45,930 nucleotides of DNA from Octopus bimaculoides (lineage: Eukaryota): positions 118,016,616 through 118,062,545 of the forward strand of contig NC_068983.1 in the NCBI RefSeq assembly GCF_001194135.2. Direction: 5' to 3'. The translations under genes were made by a program, and so were the position numbers. Of this stretch, positions 36,110 through 45,930 are shown piece after piece. Each line of letters begins with the position of its first letter. The stretch's first letter is position 1. The notes under the pieces were generated by a model that was not told the origin of the DNA, did not search any database, and saw nothing but the letters and a program-made list of their open reading frames with translations.

Positions 36110-37065
36110 AAAGCAAAAAAGAAGGCGAGAGGAAGGAAGGAAGGAGTAAAGTCTTCCTCACTACATGGAAATTGTAGTAGCATGAAGAAAGCGTTGAAAG
36201 CAACTGTTGCGAAGAATCTAACAAAAATAAAGTTAGCGACGGGAAAGGGACTTTTGCAAATATCACGGAAGCTAAGGAATTGGTTAACATTTCATTGGCA
36301 ACAGAACAAGGCAGAAAAATATATGAAAATGAACGGAAGGAGGGCAGAATTGACGCCTCCAGGCGACGTGCTTGAAGAAACAGCCAAAAGAACAGTTATC
36401 TACAGGTGCTTTAACACAAAGACCAGGGAACTCGAAAATGCTAAACGAGACCAGATGGAAAAAGCATTGAAAGACATATGGCAGGATATCCACCACATTG
36501 CGAGAGCGAGGCAGTACGGCGGAATAGAAGTCCTTTATAAGACCAAGGGGTAGGCAATACAGAACTCGGTGACCACGCGTCGCACAGAGGAAAGCGCCCT
36601 CTTCCCAACGTACATGGGAAGAAGGGCAGTACAAATTACAGTATCTGGAGTCTCAGCAGGCCTGGATTTATGATGGATTCTCGCATTAATTTATAAGGAA
36701 TTTCCTGGATATTAAAAGATCGAGGAGGGAGAATTGGGTTGGGACTACCCTGGAGGTTCTTCACGCGAAGCCAGAACAGCTAGAGAAAGTCCCAGACCTG
36801 ATTTCCCTCTCGAATGGAGTAGAACTAAGGGCAAACGAGGAGGGCAGAAGGCCGAGGTTCCACGATTGTGGTTCAACGGGCCGCTTACCATTTTTCTGCC
36901 CACAGAACCAGAATAGAAGGGCAGAAAGAAATGTCCAAACGAAAGTACCACAACTCATGAGTCGACAAAAACAAGAGCAAAAACAACGGAAAAGCAGGGA
37001 AATAGAAACCGGTCTGTCCAGTGCCCTACGACGCGGAGCCGAATTGAGATTACTGTGACTATTGC
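36110..37065 (+). mobile_element. L1/Tx1-type LINE ORF1 (gag-like) remnant with degenerate CCHC knuckle
   Basis: ORF 36182-36553 continues through stops and a frameshift to ..DLISLSNGVELRANEEGRRPR-FHDCGSTGRLPFFC. This is C-x2-C-x4-H-x4-C with two single-nucleotide changes. Confidence 0.75.
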
Positions 37066-37189
37066 CGTGATGTCGTCCGCATATGCAAACAATAATGATA
37101 ATAAGCCTGTCTGATGGTTACAGAGTCATGGGGCCTGAGTTTCTCTGGATTTTCAAAAAGTTTAGGCAGAAGGTACAAGTCTTACCCCT

Positions 37190-37350
37190 GTCAATCGCAG
37201 GATTGAACCTTAGGTGCCATAACTACACATTTTCAACTGAGTCTAGTGGAGCAACGTAAAATGTAGTCCCTTGCTTTACAGACACAACCCATCGTCTGGG
37301 CCAAGAATCGAACTCACGACATATGATGATGAGGCTAACACTATCTATTA
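37190..37350 (-). mobile_element. SINE-C, diverged
   Basis: GTGGAGCAACGTAAAATG..GACACAAC..GAATCGAACTCACGAC. Confidence 0.65.
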
Positions 37351-38362
37351 CGTCACTAATTTTCATTATATAAAAGTTGTAGCCGCATTAAACTGCCTAC
37401 TTTTGACGATTGAAAGGAAGACATGGTTTGGCATAGCCAAAAGCCTGCTCCTCTATTCTGTGGCACTCAGTGATCAGCAAAAGCATAAAGACATTTATTG
37501 ATTTGTTTCTTTGAAATACAACCCATTTCTGAAAGTGTGAATAGGTACACCACCGACTGATATTTTTTTTATTGATCTTATCGTATTTATTTAACTGATT
37601 AGAGAAATGATCGATAGGAGACAAAATCGACCCAACCAGGAAAAACATATAAGCTATCGAAATAGAGTCTAGGAAGGATATTTTCCGCCTTTTTATGTTG
37701 TTCTTTTTCATTTACTCTTTCACTTTAATAATGATTTCTTACATGGCTACCTTTATAGATAGAGGAAATATAGAAATAGAAAATGCTGCGTGTATGTGTG
37801 TGTGAGAGAGAGAGTTGAATGTTTTTGATCTGAATTTGAATCTCAATCTTTATTCAGTTGATCGATCTAAATTCAATTGGTCGAGAAATAACAGTTATGT
37901 TCTTGTACATCATTCGTAAACAACGTGCATAGCAAAGGTAGGAGCCTCTACTTTAAAAATAGTAGTCAAATCAAACCTTCCTTATACCATAGCTTACTGT
38001 CTAAAATAAAAGATACAACAAAGTCCCGAAATGCAAAAACAAGAGAGGGATTGTCATGGTTGGAATATCATTGATAAGTCCGCTCCATCAAGGCTGATCT
38101 ATGGATAAACAACAAAGAACGCAGTCCATCTAGAAACTAATCGTAAGAATCATGCATATGTGATTTGTGCAATGTAAATATCGATTTCTTATACTAGCAT
38201 CGGTTTTCTTTTGGGGTATAATTGATTGAGTCGCCATTAATAAATGCCAGAAGCTTATTTTATGAACATTGGAGAGATGAGAGTCAAAGATGGCCTCAGC
38301 AGAACATGCACTCAAAGCACAGAGACGAAACTAACGTATGTGATTCTTTAATACTGGTTTCG

Positions 38363-38700
38363 AATTTTGGCACAAGGCCAGCAAGTTCAGTGGTGGGGGC
38401 TAAGTCGATTACATCGACTCCAGTGCTCAGCTGATAGGTATTCTATCGACCCCGAAATGATGAAAGGCACAGGCGACCTCGATGGAATTTGAACTCAGAA
38501 TGTACAGCGGACAAAATGGCGCTAAGCATTTTGCTCAGCATGCTAACGATTCTGCTTGCTCGCTGTCTTATGTTAGTCTAGTATTATTCAGCCGACATTG
38601 TACAAGAGAAATGTAAACGACCCAATTTGTGGAATTTGAGCTCAGAACAGAAAGGACCACGAGTAAATACCACAAAGCATGTTATACTATAGATTCAGTC
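38363..38700 (-). mobile_element. SINE-E (38363-38568) plus a diverged partial copy (38600-38700)
   Basis: TTTCGAATTTTGGCACAAGGCCAGCA..GGAATTTGAACTCAGAA..CTAACGATTCTGC. Confidence 0.88.
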
Positions 38701-39098
38701 AATTCAATGTCTTCTGCAAGAGAAATATTAAGAAAACAAATGACGGTCTTATACAAAGAACAGATTGTTATCATTAACACTTCGAAAGTTGTAGCCCTAC
38801 ATTTCTATCTCTCTCCAAGTAATACTTTATTATCAACATTAATATATCCTTCTTATTCGTTACTTCTCAATCTGATATCATACATATTCAGTAGAAACCT
38901 CATTAAGTATTCTGGATCTTTATGCGTTCAGTAAAAAAAAAAACATTGTTAAGTTTATTAGATACGAATGTACTTTATGGTCGGCGATAAACTTAAAACG
39001 TTGCTTCTTTTTCTCATACTATGATAATCTATTTAGCTTTAGTAGTCCCGATATGTTCTGAGGGAAGGGCGTTAGTTGGTTCCATCAATCCCAGCAAC

Positions 39099-39136
<38 letters not shown>

Positions 39137-39169
39137 AGGGTCCGCCATAAGTAACTATATATCTTCTTT

Positions 39170-40612
39170 TTCGATTGGATCGTTGCTATGTACAGCAGCA
39201 TTTGTACGGGTGAATGGTCACCTGTCAGAACCATTCAGCATCTTGCGCTCGGTCCATCAAGAGTACCCTCTCTCTGCCCTTCTGTATGTACTGACTCTTG
39301 AGCCACTGCTGCGGAAGCTGCAGGCTTTGAAGGGTGTCCCGCGTGATCTAGAACGTGGGAGAAGCGTGTCTGCTTATGCCGACGATGTCACCGTCATAGT
39401 GTCGAGCCATAGGCACATAGACCTTATTGGCGACACACTAAAAGAATATGAAGAGGTGACAGGAGCAAAAATTAACGCGGAAAATCAGTGGGCTTGCAAC
39501 TCGGCACCTGAAGAGGCGAGTGCATGCCGTCCAACAGCGTAGTGGGACGCTGGACAAACGGTCCGGTTAAATTGCTTGGGGTCTAGTTCGGGTCAGACCT
39601 CCAGGTGAAGAAAAACTGGGTCGAGGTAACGAACAGTGTGGCCAATCTCACCCAGAAATGGGCCGAGAGGAAGCTGTCCCTGAAAGGTCGAGCCGAGGTG
39701 GCGAATGCGTACATCGCATCCGTCATCTATTACCACTTGACCGTCGTCCCTTGTTGGCTGAACAAGCTGGTCTGCATACTCTTCTGCTTTCTATGGAGGA
39801 ATCGCGCTCCGCTGGTAAAGCGATNNNNNNNNNNNNNNNNNNNNNNNNNNNNNNNNNNNNNNNNNNNNNNNNNNNNNNNNNNNNNNNNNNNNNNNNNNNN
39901 NNNNNNNNNNNNNNNNNNNNNNNNNNNNNNNNNNNNNNNNNNNNNNNNNNNNNNNNNNNNNNNNNNNNNNNNNNNNNNNNNNNNNNNNNNNNNNNNNNNN
40001 NNNNNNNNNNNNNNNNNNNNNNNNNNNNNNNNNNNNNNNNNNNNNNNNNNNNNNNNNNNNNNNNNNNNNNNNNNNNNNNNNNNNNNNNNNNNNATGGTCG
40101 CCGTTTGTTAGGCTCGTTCTTCCACAGCTCATCTCTTTGACTGGATTAGGTGTGGACCGAGGAGGGGCGCTTAGCACCTGAGTACCGTCAAGCGCTCACA
40201 GTCCTCCGCCAGACGGGCAGTGCGGTCGGTGGTAGTTCCACTTTAGCGTTCTATAGAGAGTTAGTGGAGGAAAATGCGACGATGTTCTCGGGGAAATTCT
40301 GGGCGTCGATGAGGATCAACGCACCAATCTGTTCCGGAGGATATTCGGGTAGGAGCCTATGGATAATTTCCAAAAATTCCTCTCTTGGCAATGCTACCGA
40401 GGGGCGCTGCCCGTTCGAGATAAACTGAAGTGCCGTCAGCCGAGCCTGTCCGAGGTGCGCGAAGAGCGACGAAACCGTTCTGCACGCTCTCCTCCAGTGC
40501 CCGAGCATTGTGACTTGTGGGTTAATGTCGAAAACCTGCTGTCGCATGTAGGATGGATCCAGCTATCAGCTGAATTCAGAGTGAAGATTGCCCCGCCGCC
40601 CTTCTTTGGCCG
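39170..40612 (+). mobile_element. L1/Tx1-clade LINE ORF2 remnant (reverse transcriptase plus C-terminal CCHC), 5'-truncated
   Basis: VRVNGHLSEPF..RSVHQEYPLSALLYVLTLEPLL..SAYADDVTV..GAKIN..LSLKGRAEVAN..FLW and later CPRCAKSDETVLHALLQCP. Frameshifted, with an internal gap; the 3' end is cut by a SINE-E. Confidence 0.95.
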
Positions 40613-40799
40613 CGGCAAGCTGGTAGAGTTGTTGGCATTTCGTCCGTTTTTACGGCTCTACGTTCAAATTCCACCGAAGTTGACTATGCATTTCATCTCT
40701 TCGGAATCGATAGAGTAAGTACTAGCTGAACACTTGAGTTGATGCAATCGAGAAACACCCGCCCCCGACATTGCTGGCCTTGTGCCAAAATTTGAAATT
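40613..40799 (+). mobile_element. SINE-E inserted at the end of the L1 remnant
   Basis: GCGGCAAGCTGGTAGAG..GTTCAAATTCCACCGAAG..GCCTTGTGCCAAAATTTGAAA. Confidence 0.88.
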
Positions 40800-40809
40800 G
40801 TTTTATATA

Positions 40810-40872
<63 letters not shown>

Positions 40873-42273
40873 NNNNNNNNNNNNNNNNNNNNNNNNNNNN
40901 NNNNNNNNNNNNNNNNNNNNNNNNNNNNNNNNNNNNNNNNNNNNNNNNNNNNNNNNNNNNNNNNNNNNNNNNNNNNNNNNNNNNNNNNNNNNNNNNNNNN
41001 NNNNNNNNNNNNNNNNNNNNNNNNNNNNNNNNNNNNNNNNNNNNNNNNNNNNNNNNNNNNNNNNNNNNNNNNNNNNNNNNNNNNNNNNNNNNNNNNNNNN
41101 NNNNNNNNNNNNNNNNNNNNNNNNNNNNNNNNNNNNNNNNNNNNNNNNNNNNNNNNNNNNNNNNNNNNNNNNNNNNNNNNNNNNNNNNNNNNNNNNNNNN
41201 NNNNNNNNNNNNNNNNNNNNNNNNNNNNNNNNNNNNNNNNNNNNNNNNNNNNNNNNNNNNNNNNNNNNNNNNNNNNNNNNNNNNNNNNNNNNNNNNNNNN
41301 NNNNNNNNNNNNNNNNNNNNNNNNNNNNNNNNNNNNNNNNNNNNNNNNNNNNNNNNNNNNNNNNNNNNNNNNNNNNNNNNNNNNNNNNNNNNNNNNNNNN
41401 NNNNNNNNNNNNNNNNNNNNNNNNNNNNNNNNNNNNNNNNNNNNNNNNNNNNNNNNNNNNNNNNNNNNNNNNNNNNNNNNNNNNNNNNNNNNNNNNNNNN
41501 NNNNNNNNNNNNNNNNNNNNNNNNNNNNNNNNNNNNNNNNNNNNNNNNNNNNNNNNNNNNNNNNNNNNNNNNNNNNNNNNNNNNNNNNNNNNNNNNNNNN
41601 NNNNNNNNNNNNNNNNNNNNNNNNNNNNNNNNNNNNNNNNNNNNNNNNNNNNNNNNNNNNNNNNNNNNNNNNNNNNNNNNNNNNNNNNNNNNNNNNNNNN
41701 NNNNNNNNNNNNNNNNNNNNNNNNNNNNNNNNNNNNNNNNNNNNNNNNNNNNNNNNNNNNNNNNNNNNNNNNNNNNNNNNNNNNNNNNNNNNNNATATAT
41801 ATATATACATATAATTTTATAGTCGATGTTCCAGTCACAATCCTTTACTTAACTGATTTCTAACTTCTCAATCTAATAAAATATATAGTATTGCATATAA
41901 TATTGTGATATGCTTTCTTCTCCGATAGTGAAACACCATCTATTGTTACGTTTTCATTTTCTTATACTCATATTTTCCGATTACACAATGTACGTTCATA
42001 TCTTTTGTTAACGCAGGAAAATCTATACATGTTGTATATATTCTCCAAATCTTTCTATGCACGAGTGCAATTCTGATTTGTGTAACTTTTTTGATTCGCA
42101 GTTTTATCTGCTCTTCTACTTCATTACGTAGTATTTTCTTGTAATCGATTACATTCTAAGATAGTTCATCTCCTATTGTTAGTCTTTCCCCATCCTTCTC
42201 TTCCTGACGACTCATTCTTCTGCAATAAACATAAAGTGCCGCATGTTATTTTCACGGCATTGTCATCTTTCTG

Positions 42274-42276
<3 letters not shown>

Positions 42277-42322
<46 letters not shown>

Positions 42323-42432
42323 ATTCTCTCTCTCTCTCTCTCACTCTCTCTCCCTCTCTCTCTTTCCGTCTACACACACACACACATGCACACACACATA
42401 CACAGCGAGAAAGAGAGAGAGAGAACGAGAGA
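42277..42432. repeat. (TC)n/(CA)n/(GA)n compound microsatellite
   Basis: Seen directly. Confidence 0.95.
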
Positions 42433-43581
42433 GAGGTATCTAATGTCTCATTTTTGAGGAATTTCATGCGTGTTAATTTGTTTTTAGTGCAACAGTTCTT
42501 TAAATACTGTTTCTTCTATTCTCTAGAAACAAACCAAAACTTATCTCCTCGAAGCATTCGATTCTCTCAAAGACACACTTATTCATGATCTAACTCGTAT
42601 GTCATTTTCACATTCTATTTGGTTTTCCCTTTTATTTCGCAAGCTCTCTTTGGGTACGATCAATAATTCACACTGCATCTCTTTTAAAAGGAACCGTTCT
42701 TTTCGTATTCAACAACATACTCTTCATTTTCATAATGTCACTTTTCGAAATAATTATTTCCTTTTCACCATCTAGTTTTGTTTTGTTTTCTGTTGTATGT
42801 GTGTGTTTTTTAATCCTTATCACCCTTCACCCTCACCACTAAATTTTTTTCATCCCTAAAAATCTCGTTTCATTTCAGAAGTAATCTTGTTTCTCGATTA
42901 TGTTTAGTAGAAAGTGTCATAACATTTCTTTTCTCTTTAATCCACATGTTTCTGAACTCTATTCCTAAATTTCTATTAAAAGCTGTCGTTTTCTCAATGG
43001 AAATCTATCCACGTAACTCTACAACATTATGATTTAAATTTAATTTAGTTTCACAGTAAATATCCATTTTTTAGTTTATTCTAAATTATTGAGAATAAAA
43101 TTTGAATTATAGGATTAGTATAAAATAAAAATATTATGAGAATTTCTCTCAGGAATCTAGAATATATTAGATTTGGGCTCATAATTGATTGCAAAATGAT
43201 GGGAAAGAAAGAGAAACTGTATATAACAAGATTATATGCGTTGTTCTATCTAGTCATTTCACATCTCTTCATGTTCTGTGGTCAAATCCAGCATGCGTTT
43301 ACTTGCCCTCCAGAGTCTATAAAAGTAGTTCACATGGAAATTTATACATCTCCCAAGTAATTTTTTTTTTTTTGCCTTGTACTAAAGTAAGAAATCGTTA
43401 TTATCATCCAAATAGTGTAACCGAAGAACGAGTCTTTAGAATCATTTTTTTTCCATATTCCTAGATATGTCTATTTAATCAAACCCCGCTCAACTACAAA
43501 AATTGTACATTTGCCGCGTCAAAAGTATCTAAAGCAGAAATGATAAACGCTGGACTATCTCTTTTACAATATTTAATGTAC

Positions 43582-43967
43582 CTTCGTCTGTCTTTACGTT
43601 TTGAGTTCAAATTCCGCCGAGATCAACTTTGCCTTTCATCATTTCGGGGTCGATAAATTAAGTACCAGTGGCGTACTGGAGTAGATCTAATCGACTGCCC
43701 CCCCTCCCAAAAAACTTCGGGCCTTGTACCTAGATTAGAAAAGAATATTTAATGTTCTTCTGGCGACGAGATGGCAGAATCGTTAGCACGCCGGTCAAAA
43801 TATTTATCGGCATTTCGTCCGTTCTGAGTTCTAATTTCTCCGAGGTCGACTTTACCTCTCATTCTTTCGGGCAAGAATGAGATTAAACGATAAAATAGGC
43901 ACCAGGGGTCAATCTAATTGATCTATCCATCTCCTGGAATTGCTGGCCTTGTGCCAAAACTTGAAAG
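43582..43967 (+). mobile_element. Two SINE-E copies head-to-tail (43582-43743, 43761-43967), with different 3' subtypes
   Basis: AAT(A/G)TTTAATGT at 43568-43579, 43744-43755 and 43969-43980. Confidence 0.94.
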
Positions 43968-44960
43968 CAATGTTTAATGTCCCTCATTATTCTAAGTTCA
44001 AATCTCGTTAGAATAAACGTCGCCTTCAGACATTTTGTGGTCGATAAGATAATAGAGCAACAGAGTCGCGTGAGTCTCTGACAAAATATATTGCAGTATT
44101 AAACCCTTAACAATCTTGCTAATGTTGACTTCGCTTTTCATCCTTGCTAGTTCTAAAAAAATGAAGTACTTGTCAAATACTGGAGGTGAAATAATTGACT
44201 GTTCCATCCCCATATGCCTATGTAAGAAATCAATATACGCTATGTTGATTCAGTTATTCACCCTTTATGGCAAACAGTTGCCTGTTTGCCCGGACATGAA
44301 TCTAATAGTCAGTTTTGGCTTAAGCAATATATTTTACTTGTGTCCGAAGATCGTTTTAAATTTCTAAAATGGTAATCAATGTTTTTTAAGTTAATTAATT
44401 TACACATATACTGTATACAGTTACAAAAAAATACGAACTTAGGAAAATAACATTTTCAGTAAATTGAAATTTGACTTTTAATAGGAGAAACCAGATTAAA
44501 GCTTGCGGCACCTGTCAGCGACTATCCAAAGATAGGAGAAAGTTTTTCAAGAAATTAAAAATGAATTTCAGTGATATTTTAAACAAATCTGATCTCAGTC
44601 CAGTTAGTTACTGAATTGCTTATCTGAATATCATTATCATCAAAGGGTTTCATCATTCAACAGAAATCAATGAATTTATTAGGTAGGGTTCTGATCGTTA
44701 TATCAAGCTAAAGAAAAAAAAAACGAACAGAGAACACAACTGACAAAATATCGAAGAACATGACACGATTAAAATACAAATATATTTCGTGTTTGAACAC
44801 ACAACTTTTGGATAAAATCTCTTGCAAAAAATGAAAAGAAGCAATAAATATATTCAAAACGACGAATGAAAGATGGTATGATAAACCCTTCTATTATATT
44901 TGCGTTTTTTGTGAGATCAAAAGTAACTACCTTCCGGGAGAAAGAAGTTGTTTCCTGTAT

Positions 44961-45230
44961 TCTAACAGGCACGGTTTTCCTAGTGGCAGAGCCTGCATAA
45001 AGAGCAGCTTCTGCATCAATTTGATGGCATCCTAAATGCTCTGGAAAAGGGTTCCACCACCGATGTCATTTACTTTGTCTTTAATAAAGCTTTCGATAGA
45101 GTAGGTCACAACACTCTGCTACAGAAACTATCCAACATTGGAGTCTGTGAAAAGCTACTGAAGTGGATTGTTTCCTGAACGTATTCAAGACCAGTAGAAG
45201 TCATTAGTGATGAATCCTTGAGCACTGGAT
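44961..45230 (+). mobile_element. CR1/L2/Jockey-group reverse transcriptase fragment
   Basis: NRHGFPSGRAC/EQLLHQFDGILNALEKGSTTDVIYFVFNKAFDRVGHNTLLQKL..G..EKLLKWI, matching QHGF..GRSC..QLL..DVIYLDF.KAFD.V.H..LL.KL..WI. Confidence 0.85.
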
Positions 45231-45257
45231 CAGGCCCACTTCTGCTTGGCCTGGCCC

Positions 45258-45560
45258 GCTCTGGCACTCCCTCGGTTACAAAGATGAGTGTTCCAGTTGA
45301 TTCGATCAACAGAACAGCCTGCTCATGAAATTAATGTGCAAGTGGCAGAGCATTCCATAGACACACGTACCTCTAACGTAGTTCTCAGGGAAATTGAACG
45401 CGACACAAAGCGTAGCAAGGCTGACTTTTGAAATATAGGTACAATTCGTTTTTGATGATTTAGTGGATTGAATCAACGGGAATCACATCTGCGCAGCCGG
45501 GAATCGAACACACGACCTTAGAATCGCGAGCCAAATACCCTAATAATTAAGCCATGCACC
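45258..45560 (-). mobile_element. Diverged SINE with a SINE-A 3' half and a different head
   Basis: 45263-45430 aligns to the SINE-A tail, and 45480-45560 is a tRNA-like head closer to SINE-C; the SINE-A middle is absent. Confidence 0.75.
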
Positions 45561-45930
45561 TAGATATAAATATTGTAATTTCTAATAGCTTCGCCGTCTG
45601 AATGTATTACGTTTTTATGCTCTTGGATGTGAGGATTCGTTGTATTTGATATAATTCACCATTTTAAAGAGTAATAGCTCTTTTATAGGAATGAGTGTTT
45701 AGTTATCATGTAATGGTGAGTTCATTTCTACCATACAAATGGTACCTACGAGAGACCAACGCCATATATAGAGCAATGGAATTCGTCAAATAAGTACCAG
45801 CTTAACAGATCGAAACATAGATATTTTATAACTCAAACTCATGGCCATGTATGTTAGGGAGAATGTTGTTGATTATAATAAACTCACCTTATTTATCCAT
45901 ATACATACATATTCACACACTTATATATAT

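Noticed and set aside
35871-36290. Poly-Lys, poly-Arg, poly-Leu and poly-Ser ORFs
   Set aside because: All are frames of the (GAA)n microsatellite.
37140-37165. GGATTTTCAAAAAG resembling integrin GFFKR with a 1-nt deletion
   Set aside because: No acceptor or TM exon precedes it, it sits between two repeat remnants, and it is upstream of the putative calf-2 remnant.
40693-41838. ORFs of 335-381 aa
   Set aside because: Almost entirely N plus (AT)n.

Overview
This is AT-rich, repeat-dense eukaryotic genomic DNA from a gapped draft assembly, with nine N-runs totalling several kb, most of them flanked by microsatellites. The SINE families and microsatellite style resemble a coleoid cephalopod (Octopus-like) genome; that assignment is an inference and was not checked against a database. 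There are no intact protein-coding genes, rRNA genes, true tRNA genes or CRISPR arrays, and no prokaryotic features. Most ORFs in the supplied track are artefacts of microsatellites, gaps or SINEs. The window holds about 40 copies or fragments of about five tRNA-headed SINE-like families, which I label A to E. It also holds decayed LINE remnants from four groups (RTE 5' end plus endonuclease, L1/Tx1 ORF1 twice and ORF2, R4/Dong-type RLE C-terminus, CR1-group fragments) and nested inverted repeats. Hand translation between the repeats suggests two heavily decayed, intron-containing host genes on the + strand: a laminin-G-like ectodomain plus single transmembrane helix (about 8.1-12.3 kb) and an integrin alpha beta-propeller (about 23.7-29.1 kb). 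The most system-like signal is SINE-E. It re-inserts head-to-tail at the same AAT/ATT-rich target, next to an R4/Dong-like fragment, which suggests a possible microsatellite-targeted SINE/LINE partnership. All of this comes from reading by eye and needs computational confirmation.
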